Origin: Octopus vulgaris
Lineage: Eukaryota
Length of the DNA: 64,000 nt
Direction of reading: 5' to 3'
Assembly: GCA_951406725.2 (NCBI GenBank)
Contig: OX597820.1
Location: 80,972,001 to 81,036,000, forward strand
In this document: one piece after another, positions 52,751 through 64,000 of the stretch
How positions within the stretch are numbered: the first letter of the stretch is position 1
Layout of the letters: each line of letters starts with the position of its first letter
The notes under the pieces: model-generated
Seen by the model: the letters and a program-made list of their open reading frames with translations, nothing else
Databases searched by the model: none
What the model was told of the DNA's origin: nothing
Position numbers and translations under genes: made by a program

Positions 52751-53575
52751 TGTTGTATCTATCTTTTGATAACAGTTGTCGCTCTGACAGATATTGTTAT
52801 ATTCTAAAGTCATTGGTAGAATGGTTCTATCTGGCACTGTACGACCCCCAGTCGTACAGTGTTATTATCCTCAAAAGCTTGGATCGTTATAACGTCCACT
52901 CAGTATCACAGTATAATTACTATATCAGCTCAGACACGACTATCAATAGTCTACATATGCTCTCGACCTTCTCCATGTTGTCTGGCCACTGGTCTATTTA
53001 TAATGGCTGACCACTACCACTTTTTACCGGGAGGGGTATACAGTTTCACTACACAACATCTTTCCTTTTAATTTTTAATTCAACAATCAGTTTCTTTTAT
53101 TCACCCTACCTCTTCCTTTTTTATATATATATTCAATATTTTTTCTTCTTAGGGTTTACTTTTAGGAATTCAGTGTTCTTCTTTTCCTTGTACATGTAGT
53201 TTCAACTTCTTGTAACAGTGTTGGAACCTGAAAAATGCCAGTCCATCAGCATTTCTACTCTTGTTTCTTTCCTTTTCTATAACTCTTTCCTTAAGCTGAT
53301 TTCTATGTCTCCTTTCCATTCCATTTCTGATTCTTACACCATATATCATTCTTCCTATGTATGTTACAATTTCTCTTTCTTCCCAGTATTATTTGCCATT
53401 TTTGTACATTCTTACATATACCTTATCACCGATTCTAAAGAATTTTGGCATGTCTTTATTAGCACGTATTTTTTTCTTCACTGGTAACAGTTTATCGAAG
53501 ATTGACTTCACCTTTCTGGCAAACATTAATTCTGCTGGGGAACTTCCTTCTGGCACACTGGGTTCGGGAGTTACC
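52751..53575 (-). mobile_element. Gypsy (Mag-like) 3' remnant: integrase C-terminus, PPT and LTR (52751-53058)
   Basis: SPAELMFARKVKS.FD.LLP..F..GDKVYVR; PPT AAAAGGAAAGA; LTR TGTTG...CAACA. Confidence 0.8.
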
Positions 53576-54264
53576 CAGTACAGATTAACACCCGCACGAT
53601 TTTCACTAAAAAAAAAAAAAAATCGGATTTTTTGCGTGGAATCAAGTACCCTGACATTGTAATATGCTGTAAATCCCATATTTTGGTTCAGAAGGAAGGG
53701 ACCCCACCTCCTTCCGAATTTTAACCAAGGAAAAAATTTTTTTTTAAATTCGTCACAGTGTACAAAAGTGTAGTGTTGTGGTATGAATGCATGCGTAGAG
53801 TAATTGTGTCTGTATGTTCGTGTGTGTGACAGAAGGTACAGATAAAGGTGCATGCGAATACAACAGAAATACAGGTAAAATTACAGAGCATAAGAGAAGT
53901 CTCAGCATATTGACTTACTACAGAGTTAGTTACCAGTTCATGTGGTACACGATAAGTTCTATAATGGTAAAATTACAGAGAAACGTATAATTTGGCAGCC
54001 TGTCGAAATAATTTGTGGAGTAGCAAAAATTTATTACTCGCCGAGGAGATAAATAAATATCTAGACAGATATTGATTTTTAGTTTTTAGATTTTTAGATA
54101 TGGGTTTTTAGTTCAATGCCACCTATTTGGTGATACTGACTGTCATATCACTAACTACATCATACCCACATCCAACAGTAAAAAAAAAAAAAACCTTTGT
54201 TATTCAAAGCAATAAACTGAGGAGACATAGATCCCACAAAGCAACTTATGTAAGAGATCAGAAA

Positions 54265-54660
54265 TCTTTATATATAAAAGTGAGGTTGTGTGCTGTCTGT
54301 CTCCTACGATTTAGATTCCTAACTACTCCTACATTTTGCGATGCAGTTTAACCAAAACCGGGTATCTTATAGTCGTGATTCATATTGAGCCCTTCTGGGT
54401 ATTAGCGCGCGTCTACGATGAGTCTACGATTTAAAAAATATTTTACCATCAATTTTTCCCATTTTTAATGCATTTTTGGCATATATAAGGGAAGTAACTC
54501 TCTAAAAATTTATTATTAAATCTTAGAACGTAAAAAGCTACAGTAATACCCCCACTTTGTGGTTAGCCATATTGAGATAGCTATTATACTTTACATCTCT
54601 AAAAATGCTTATATAGTTATTTCCCTTACAAACCCAAGCAACGCCGGGCGATACTGCTAG
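54265..54660 (+). mobile_element. Complete non-autonomous Helitron
   Basis: A|TC start, subterminal hairpin CCC(A/G)AGCAACGCCGGG, CTAG|T end, no TSD. Confidence 0.9.
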
Positions 54661-55625
54661 TTCTAAATAAAAAGAGAAAACAGATGGGAAGTTTCAAACT
54701 CTACTTTAGATAACTTTCCATGCTAGCAGCACATTAAAATGCACCCAGTCAATGCTGTTAACTGGTTTGTATCAGGAAGGGTATTGGGAGGTAAAAACAA
54801 CATACACAGAATGAGACTGGTGAATTCCAACTGTTGCATGTGCCAGATGATGAAAAACTGGGACAAGTAGTGAGAACCCATTCAACCCATGCTAACAACA
54901 ACAAAAGAAAAAAGAAAAATGCATAAAATGATAATAATAATGATGGAACACAAAATGGTACCTGCTAGAATATTTAAAGCCATAATGTATAATTCATGAG
55001 ATAATTGGATACCTGTAATATGTTACTTTCTTTTTGCAGACATTATGTGAAATTTTCTTCATATTCTAAAATGTTTTACATAGTACTTTTATCTGGAGAC
55101 AGTAAATAATTACTGTTTAATGTAAACATGCACTATGTTTTGCAAACTGGCATCAAAGGGAAAACAGTTAACCAGTGCTCATAAAAATGTTAAGGAAATA
55201 GATTAAATTACAAACAGAAAATATTTAAATGCAATAGTCATATTTCCAAACAATAATACATTTAAAGATTCTTTTATTATTTACAATAAAATTACATCAA
55301 ATTAAGCATACTGTTCAAGGGAATTTTTATGTCTGTTTACCTGAGAAATAAGAGAAAGCTAAAAGATAAGAGTGATCTTATATTTATGAAATTTGTAAAA
55401 ATGTTTCTCTAGTGAAATTTCTTAATCATAAATAATTTTTCATATAAGCAGGGTAAACAGTAAAGTTATGCATTTTACTGATTTCCCCTTGGATATGAGA
55501 AATGGAAAAAAATAATTCTATAGACATTTTCCAATACACACACTATGTAAACTCATTGAACAAAGATGTTTTACAATAAATTTTAATTAAATCTGTGTCT
55601 CAAAAGGAAACGTATCACAATTTAA

Positions 55626-55850
55626 TTACCTTGAGCTATTGTATATGATTTGAGTAGTTAAATTAGTATGTGAGAATGATTTATTGTTGGCACCATAGTC
55701 ATTTGGTTTCTCATCTGATGGGAACAATTATGGCAAGATAAACCATCAGTATCACAGAAGGGTTTACCACATAATCCGCAGTTATCTAGTTCCTTAGAAG
55801 TGTGAAGGCATTTGTAAATGAACAAATGAGCACGTTGATTCAATGTATTA
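55626..55850 (-). pseudogene. Fossil C2H2 fingers downstream of the zinc-finger stop codon
   Basis: Shifted frames read DNTLNQRAHLFIYKCLHT-SKEL-DNCGLCGKPF..H...H and DEKP..NKSFSH. Confidence 0.7.
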
Positions 55851-56987
55851 TCAGACATCACAGTAGAATAATTTATCTTTAGTGTGAGCATATTTGTGTT
55901 TATACAACTGACCACTTGCACAGAATCTTTTACCACAGATACCACAGAGATATGGTTTCTCACCTGTGTGAATACGTTTGTGTGCAGTTAAGTGGGTACT
56001 TGTTGAGAATGATTTACCACAGACTTCACAAGTGTAAGGTTTGTCACCAGTGTGAATACGTTTATGGTAAGTTACACTCGATCTCCAAGAGAATGTCTTA
56101 CCACAAATATCACAGTGATATGGTTTATTCCCATTGTGGGTACTTTTATGACTAATTAATACACTACTTACAGCAAAGTTTTTACCACAAATATCACAGT
56201 GGAATGGCTTTTCACCTGTGTGAATAAGCATGTGAGCTGACAGAGAACTACTCATTGAGAATCCTTTACCACATGAATCGCAGTGGTATGGCTTGTCACC
56301 TGTATGTGTCCTCTTGTGAGCAGTCAAAGTAGGTTTCAAAGAAAACGTTTTACCACAGATATCACAGTGGTATGGTTTTTCACCTGTATGAATACGTTGG
56401 TGACCTGCTAAAACATCATTCCGAGAAAATGCTTTTCCACAAATATCGCAGGGATATGGTTTTTCACCTGTGTGAACACGTTTGTGCTTCAGTAATGAAC
56501 CACTGCCAATGAAGGTTTTACCACAGATTTCACAGTCATATCGAGTTTCCCCTGTATGAATAAATCTGTGAGTCAGCAAATTTGTCTTCTGAGAAAAAGT
56601 TTTATCACAAATATCACAGTCATATGGCTTCTCTCCTGTATGAATACGTTTGTGACTAGATAAATGAGAACTTTGAGAGAATGTCTTTCCACAGATATCA
56701 CATCGATGTGGTTTCTCTCCTGAATGTATTCGCTTGTGACAGTTCATAGAATTTTTTCTTGCAAACCGTTTACCACAAACTTCACAATGGTAAATTACTG
56801 AACTTTTGTGAATCAATTTATGTTGGATTAAACAACTGTTTTTTGAAAATGTCGTTCCACATGTTTCACAGGCATATGGTTTGTTTCTTTTATTTCTTTG
56901 AGATTGATCAGATAAATCACTACTTTCAGACTGGGTTTCATTATGTTTCTCCTCCATAGTTTCCTCTTCACAATAAAGTTTTACCAT
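55851..56987 (-). CDS. Tandem C2H2 zinc-finger protein (12 fingers, TGEKP linkers, no KRAB)
   Basis: 378-aa intact ORF with 12 CxxC-x12-HxxxH repeats and a truncated 13th finger (FYCDV*). Confidence 0.93.
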   Translation of the reverse strand: MVKLYCEEETMEEKHNETQSESSDLSDQSQRNKRNKPYACETCGTTFSKNSCLIQHKLIHKSSVIYHCEVCGKRFARKNSMNCHKRIHSGEKPHRCDICGKTFSQSSHLSSHKRIHTGEKPYDCDICDKTFSQKTNLLTHRFIHTGETRYDCEICGKTFIGSGSLLKHKRVHTGEKPYPCDICGKAFSRNDVLAGHQRIHTGEKPYHCDICGKTFSLKPTLTAHKRTHTGDKPYHCDSCGKGFSMSSSLSAHMLIHTGEKPFHCDICGKNFAVSSVLISHKSTHNGNKPYHCDICGKTFSWRSSVTYHKRIHTGDKPYTCEVCGKSFSTSTHLTAHKRIHTGEKPYLCGICGKRFCASGQLYKHKYAHTKDKLFYCDV

Positions 56988-57067
56988 TCAAAATCCAATT
57001 CAGAAAAACTCAAGACATTCTTGATTTTACTCTTGAAATTATAAAATCAAATATAAAGAACCACTAA

Positions 57068-57280
57068 TTCTTTAGCATTCAAACCGGCCTTATCCGGCCA
57101 AAATATTCTACCTGTTTTATCTTTAAATCGGCCAGATCTGGCCTCTCACACTTATCCTACAATGTCATGTTAAAAATAAACAGTCACATCATCGAAATCT
57201 CAAAACTATGTGATAGTGCATTCAAAACAATGTAAATAAATAAGCATTACATTTGATAGGTTAATCTGAATGCTAGAGGG
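57068..57280. mobile_element. piggyBac-type MITE with CTAA target duplication, just upstream of the ZNF ATG
   Basis: CTAA-TTCTTTAGCATTCA ... TGAATGCTAGAGGG-CTAA. Confidence 0.8.
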
Positions 57281-57893
57281 CTAAGCATGCATCCAGATAT
57301 AAAAACAAACAAAAAAAGCAATTCTCATAATCCAGTTGCAGTGTCATGGTAAATTTCTCATGTGTAATCACAAAAAGTTGTTCAAGAAACATACTCTCAG
57401 TCACTATAGGAAATTTTTCCGATTGTAATTCGTAGGAGAAATTACAGTCATTTTATGTTTGTGACATCATTCTTTTAGCTTTCAAAATATTCTGTGGAAT
57501 TTCAATGTTGCCAGATATTCTGAAACAAAGAAATAATATAAGATATAAGTGGTAATCAATTCCAAACACAAAGATCAATAGGGAATAGACAATCGATCGG
57601 AAACATTTGTAGAGAAATCTCAAATCTAGAAGGTTTACAGTAACAATGTACCAAATGAAACTTGGGGCCAGATCAACAAAAGATGAGGAGCCAAAAGATG
57701 AGTACCGTGTAACTTGGAATTTCTGTTTGGATTGGGATTTTCCATTTCTTAAATCAGTATTTCAAAACATCTGCCCTACCCAACCCTTCATCGTGTCTTT
57801 GGAACAGCAACCACCAAAATTTATATATATATATTATGTGGTAAAGCTTCAACAAGTAGAATAGCACTTGATCAGCTAATAGAGTAAAGATAA

Positions 57894-58280
57894 TCTTTAT
57901 ATATATAAGTGAAGTTGTGTGTCTGTCTCCTACGATTTAGATTCCTAACTACTCCCACATTTTGCAGTGCAGTGTAACCAAAAGTGGGTATCTTATAGTC
58001 GTGATTCATATCGAGCACTTCTGGGTATTAGCATGAGTCTACGATTTAAAAAAAATTTTACCATCATTTTTTCCCATTTTGATGCATTTTTTCGCTATTA
58101 TATAAGGGAAGTAACTCTCTAAAAATGTCTACGATGAGTCAACGATTTAAAAAAAATTTACCATCAATTTTTTTTCCATTTTTAATGCATTTTTTTGCTA
58201 TTTTTTGGCTATAACTCTCTAAAAATGCTTATATAGTTATTTCCCTTACAAACCCGAGCAACGCCGGGCGACACTGCTAG
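57894..58280 (+). mobile_element. Complete non-autonomous Helitron (same family as 54265-54660)
   Basis: A|TC...CCCGAGCAACGCCGGG..CTAG|T; internal duplication of the TCTACGA..TTTACCATC block. Confidence 0.9.
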
Positions 58281-59034
58281 TATTATAATAAAAATCACAA
58301 GTCTTGCCAACTACAGGTGCCATTTTTCAAGCTGAGAACAAGACCGTTTGTCAGTTGCTTTTTGAGCAGATGATGTTTGAACAAGGGAAGCTCATAAAGA
58401 AAAAGACAAAAAGAAAAACTCAAGGGAGATAACCAATGTTACACTAAATCTATGTCAAGCAGATATAAACAAGATGTTAATAATTTACTATGTGTCTGGG
58501 AGGCTATCTTTAAATTCCATGAAGATGTATTTCTTTAAATATGAACATACAGAAAAAATCCCATTCCTGGAATTTATGTAGTCATTGGAGGCTCTCAAAT
58601 TCTTTAAGAGATATAGTTTTTCAAGAGAAAATACTAAACATTTTTGGACCTGTTTATAGAGAGTCTGGTTTTGGAAAGAATTTTTCATTTGTTGTTGAAA
58701 CTGGTCTTTTTGTCTTCAACATCAAATGAAAAATCCTCTCCACAACCAAATGCTGTATTTTTGAACTCTTCAAAAACTATATCTCTTAAAGAATTTGAGA
58801 GCCTCCTATCACTTCATAAATTCTTATCATTATCATCATCATCATCGTTTAACATCCGCTTTCCATGCTGGCATGGGTTGGATGGTTTGGTTGAGGAATG
58901 GCAAGCCAGAAGCTGTACCAGGCTCCCGTAGTTAGTGACTTCAGGATCAGGGCTAAATGGATGCCCAGAAGACAACCAGCATGGAAAAGAAGGGTCTGGA
59001 AGCTTAAGGATCCTGTGAATGGACAGAGATTGAG

Positions 59035-60639
59035 AGTCCATGTGGGTTTTTTTTTCACCACCAAAGAGCTGAAATATTGCAACATGCATGGAGAAAAAGA
59101 AGAAATGTAAATTAACATTTACTATTGATTAAAGAAAATGCGAAAGAAATATAAATGACATTGATTTCTATTAATTTTAAAGCTAAATGAAACAAGATCT
59201 GTGAAACTATACAATGCATTTTATGAAATTTATAAAAAAACATGTTTGAATTGGTAAATTAAACAGTATAATACTGTCTAATGCATTTTATGAAATTCAG
59301 AAAAGCATTATTTATGTTGTCACCAACAAAATTCTAATAAATAAGTAGAGAATAGAGCATTTAAGGTGTCATTCATGTTACGATATTTCCTCTTGACGTT
59401 ACTCCACATTCCCTCCACCATATTCATGCGTATTGTGGAGTCATTGGGATCAACAAAATTGGCACTATGGTTCACACTGGAATGATTTGGCAGAGCATTA
59501 TATACCTGGCAACAGTCCGTTACAATCTTAATTCCTGGCAGCACGCGTTCATTAATTATTGGTAATAATGTGGCGGCGCTTCTGTCCAGGACGGGAACTA
59601 AAACACACCTTTAAAGTGCCATGTTCTACCATTCCAAGTACATAGTGGCCTTCCCGTTAATGACTGCAATGGTACTTTTGGTGCATAAACTTGGATTCGT
59701 CAATTTCCACAACAACATCCTGTCCCCCAAGTTGGACAGGATTGTCAATGTACCACATGGCACAAATGTCGCAGAAGTAATTGTGCCAGTTAATAATTGT
59801 TTCAGATGTGACCCCCAACTTGCTTCATCTCAACAGACTGTTTACAGTCCATTTCGGCCCAGTAGTAAATCAAATTTACAAGCTGTGTCAACAGTAGATG
59901 GGCACCCAAGAAAAAGGATTCTTGCCTTAAACTCTGATACCTGTTGTAAATGGAACATCTCCACATTCTTCCTTCAGATACTGTCTTCCACGGTGTAAGG
60001 AACATAGGCTCATTACAACACCTGGAAGAATTGTGGATCAATCCTATAGATGTTAAGAATTGGATTGTTGAAGCCATGTTATTTGTTACGACTTGAATGT
60101 CACTCAGAACGCAATTTTTTTTGCGTCAAATCCTTAAGAAAAGCGCTGGTGAGCCAAGATTCTTAGCATCAAGTTACATGACCCAGTGTTTTGCCAAATT
60201 AGTTGCAGTTATTGGTCAGTTTCAACTGTCCAGTTGTGTTTACAACAATTTGTTCCCAACATGAGAAAAAAGGCCATCAGTCTGTGAATCCACCCTATGC
60301 TTATATAAACACCAGTTTTCAGCCTTGCTATCTCTTTCTTTCTAAGTTATAGGATTGACACCTACACACCAGCATCAAACCTTGACCATTAAATTTTAGA
60401 ATGGCTAGACGATATCGGATTATTGAGTCAGTCATTGCTATTAATGATTTCATAAAATGCGTTGTATAGTTCCACAGACCTTGTTTCATTTAGCTTTAAA
60501 ATTAATAGAAATTAATGTCATTTATATTTCTTTCTTTTGCATTTTCTTTAATCAGTAGTAAGTGTTAATTTACATTTCTTCCTTTTCTCCATGCATGCTG
60601 CAATATTTCAGCTATTTAGTGGTTAAAAACACTTGGACT
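59035..60639 (-). mobile_element. Merlin (IS1595/ISXO2-like) transposon with ~195-bp TIRs and a degenerate transposase
   Basis: VEIDESKF, IVTDC..Y..L..H.SVNHS.NFVDP..N.VEG.WS..KR..YL.EF.W; 59035-59230 is the inverse of ~60445-60639. Confidence 0.85.
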
Positions 60640-61199
60640 ATTATAATACAGCTTTTCTGACGTTCTTGTAAATTTATGGATTTTACATACACAAATGAAG
60701 CCTGTAAGAACAAATATGCAAGGCTTTTGGCATTGTTTTTGTATTATCTACATTCCACACACACCTATATATAAATATATATATATATATATAGGCTGGG
60801 ATTTCGTTATTTTCTTTCTTTTTTGCCATATACAGGTTACAAATTCTGTTTGTTTGTGGAGACTTTTTATTAGTAGAGGAAATAGTGATCAATTTTGGCA
60901 GCTATTTCTAATATTTTCGGTATGTGGTTTTGAGCAACTTGTTGCAACTAACCCTTAATCATAATTATTAAAACCCTTACCAAATATGGTCTTTTCCATT
61001 CCGATAAATCTACTAGGTGAAATTTATTAATTTTATTAAATTAATTATATTCCACCCTTTTTTGCATATATATATATATTTATATACATATATATATATA
61101 TATATATATAGATATATAAAGCATTACACACAAAATCACATTTTCAATATCACACGGATCTGCATCGTCCAATCTCTGTGGCTTTCTCACTAGAAGGTG

Positions 61200-61770
61200 G
61201 GTAGTGTAAAAACTAACACTTCCTTTCTCTGAGCTTAGATTCAAAACTGAATCTAAGGATTCCCGCTCGTCTGATCCACCACTGACCAAACAGGCGCGAA
61301 AGAAATTTCTTTGTCCTGTCAAAAAATGATGGATTGTTTCCCTTTGATCCCAACCATGTAGGGTGAAGTTCAAATGGACAGGAGTCAACCTATTTAGGCA
61401 CAATTTCTCCTGTGGTATGTCTGTTCTTCTAGCTGCCACAACTTGTTATAAATACAGTAATCCATAAAGGGGTGGACAGTCAAGTCAGGGACGGAGAGAG
61501 ACACACACGAGATAGCAGGCCAATATTTTCTCAGATATTCAACATAAATGACCAACACACATAGACACCAAACATTCAATTCTACCCTATTATATTCACA
61601 GATGTATCCTGTTGATTTCTTCACCAGCTCGAAGCAGTTGGCAACGAATTGATGTAGTGAAAATTTGTTTATAGCACAAGCAAATGCAAGTGCCATTTAA
61701 ATAAATTATTTAAACTACAAACCGATGTTATTCCATTGTTTACTTTGAAGGCATACACTTTTCCACTACA
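61200..61770 (+). mobile_element. Solo LTR related to the LTR at 50421-50994
   Basis: Collinear similarity (TAACACTTCCTT..CTTAGATTC, TCTTTGTCCTGTCAAAAAATGAT, AAGTTCAAATGGACAGGAG..ACCTATTTAG); ends CACTACA. Confidence 0.75.
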
Positions 61771-62796
61771 TATGTGGAAATAGATGAATCAGCTTTTGTC
61801 TGACAAAAGTTTAATGTTGGTCACCAAGTGCAAACACAATGGGTGTTCGGTGGTATTGAATTAGGACAAGGAAGAAAGTGTTTTTTTAGTTGCAGTTCCC
61901 AGACAGATCAGCTGAAATGTTATTACCAATAATTCAACAATATATATGCCCTGGAACAACAATAATATCCAATTTATGAAAGGCTTATAACAACATTGCA
62001 AACCTTGGTTATAATCATGTCACTGTCAATCACTCAGTTAATTTCATTGATCCTATTTCACATGCTTCAAGCAATCATGTAGAGGTAATGTGGAACTGTG
62101 CCAAAAAATGGAATAGAAGAGAAATTGAAACAGCAACGACATGTCTTAATAGTTGCTTAGTTGAATTCATGTGGCGATATCAATTTAATGATGATCCATT
62201 CTAGAATCACTTAATTGGTATGTGAGATGTTTATAATCATCATCATCGTTTAACGTCCGTTTTCCATGCTAGCATGGGTTGGACGGTTTGAACGGGCTCT
62301 GGGAAGCCAGAAGGCTGCACCAGGCTCCAGTTTGATCTGGCAGTGTTTCTACAGCTGGATGCCCTTCCTAACGCCAACCACTCCGTGAGTGTAGTGGGTG
62401 CTTTTTACATGCCACCGGCACAGGTGCCAGGCGAGGCTAGCAACGGCCATGATCGGATTGGTGCTTTTTACGTGCCACCGGCACGGAAGCTAGTCAATTA
62501 TAATCTATAATTTTTTTTAGATAAAATGTTTTGCTAGTATTTTAGTTTTAATTTTCATTTCTTATTAAATATATTTTGGCTGTCACGCTTAAATTTTCAT
62601 TTTTTATCTTATTAAATATATTTTAGCTGTCACTATTAACACTAAATATAATCAAATAAAATTTATAATATTTTTAAGAAACGAAACTAAATCATATTTA
62701 AGCCGTCATGCTTAAACGAAACGAAAGTAAATCATATTTAAAGTAAAAACGAAAGTAAATCATATTTAAGTTCTCATGCTTAAACGAAAAAGCGCC
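61771..62796 (+). mobile_element. Second Merlin transposase remnant with repetitive right end; SINE inserted at 62237-62497
   Basis: YVEIDESAF..QWVFGGIE, LLPIIQQYICPGTTIIS, H.TVNHS.NFIDP, L.EFMWR; subterminal AAACGAAA.TAAATCATATTTA repeats ending AAAGCGCC. Confidence 0.8.
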
Positions 62797-62799
62797 TAG

Positions 62800-63560
62800 C
62801 TCTCCAAAACAGACCACGTACAAATTCGTTCTTCACAATATCTACAGCTGCTTTCTGATATGATCTATCCCATTCTTATAAAAATGGTGGCGAAGGTAAA
62901 GAATGCACACACCCAGTGGTTATAGTTACGCCGTAAAAGGGTGGTGTGCGTATTCGTTACCTCCGCCAAAATGATAATTCTGTCCAAATGCCTTAACGGC
63001 ATTTTTTTTCTCGATATTTTAATATCCATATCGAAAGAATGCCGCTTTAACATTTACTCCATAAATATTTTGTTGTCAATGCTGCCCTTTCCTGCATTAC
63101 CTGTTTCAACATAAACGTAATATCTAGAAACTATGCCGTTTTTTTAATTCCGAACAACGCCGGGTATCTCTGCCGGTAAATACATAGAACACACTCGCGC
63201 GCGTACACACGTACACCCATTAGTTTCCTCTTCCACTTCGACACGTCAAACAGAACGAACACGCACACACGTACACAGGATTGTTTATAGTTAACAGAAA
63301 AACACGTGCTCACGGAAAGTGACGAAGATAATGGCATTTCTGTGATAACTCTCAGACTGAAAATAAGTGAATGCCGGGAGTGCTTCGTCAGCGATCTGGT
63401 TGCCAGCAGAGATATTTCTTGTTTAGCTGTTTGTCACTTCGGAGTGAATACCTGTGGTAAAAGATATTCCAGACGTAATCACTCCATCTAATGAAAGGTA
63501 CTACTAGCGAACAGTGGTCCCGGTGCGTACACACGCGCAAGCTAATCGCAAGTAGTCAAC
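62800..63560. promoter_or_regulatory. Relatively CpG-rich, promoter-like segment; possible non-coding first exon of the ZNF gene
   Basis: Local CpG enrichment (e.g. CGCGCGCG) against an AT-rich background; minus-strand donor-like CAG|GTAATG at 63101/63100; candidate acceptor tttcag| at 57519. Confidence 0.35.
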
Positions 63561-64000
63561 CCTACGACTTTTTAACCCTAACCCTAACCTGAAACATATC
63601 TCGGATTACCATTATTGTAATGTTCTTCCATTAAAAAAAATGTAGTTGTAAATCATTTGAGAGGTTTTTAGCTGTTATTTCTAACATATAAAGTGAACAC
63701 GTAAAAGCTATGAGTTCGAAATACATGATATCAACACAATTATTCCCTTCGTAATTTTACACGTGGTTTTGGGGAATAACACTTGCTTACTAGCTTAATG
63801 TAACACAAAATTAACGATTGAATTATACAGAGAAAGAAAGAGATGGAAACTAATCCACTTACTACTAATTCTAAAAACGGACCAGAATATATCAACATTT
63901 TTTTTTCCAAAAATCTATTTAACAATGTGCTTAGGATGCTGGCTTGGGAGTTAGTCGATAAACGAATAACAGAAATATTCAAAAGCTAAAGGAGACAAAA

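Noticed and set aside
53389-53853. 154-aa ORF as a novel gene
   Set aside because: Chance read-through from a MITE fragment into a Gypsy integrase remnant
55916-56959. Plus-strand ORFs overlapping the ZNF gene
   Set aside because: Antisense shadows of the repetitive C2H2 codons

Overview
AT-rich animal genomic DNA, most likely from a coleoid cephalopod (Octopus-like). This is inferred from the tRNA-derived SINE families, dense microsatellites and a KRAB-less tandem C2H2 gene. Two host genes can be supported. (1) A 7-exon PHF24/GINIP-like gene on + (13752-45701, about 356 aa; MG..TK N-terminus, C4HC3 PHD finger, EF-hand-like region), reconstructed by hand from phase-compatible GT-AG junctions, with a 21-kb TE-filled intron 3. 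(2) A 12-finger C2H2 zinc-finger ORF on - (55851-56987), with fossil extra fingers downstream and a disrupted putative N-terminal domain upstream. The rest is mostly decayed mobile DNA: CRE-, RTE- and CR1-type LINEs, Penelope-like elements, Gypsy LTR remnants, Tc1/mariner, hAT, piggyBac, Merlin, Helitrons, MITEs and SINEs. The most notable non-obvious signals are a 432-bp fold-back with two back-to-back minimal hammerhead ribozyme motifs (30455-30886), further hammerhead motifs, a spacer-less 108-bp palindrome built from an LTR end, and two same-family Helitrons bracketing the zinc-finger exon. Family assignments come from motif recognition only; no database searches were run. Boundaries of degenerate elements are approximate.
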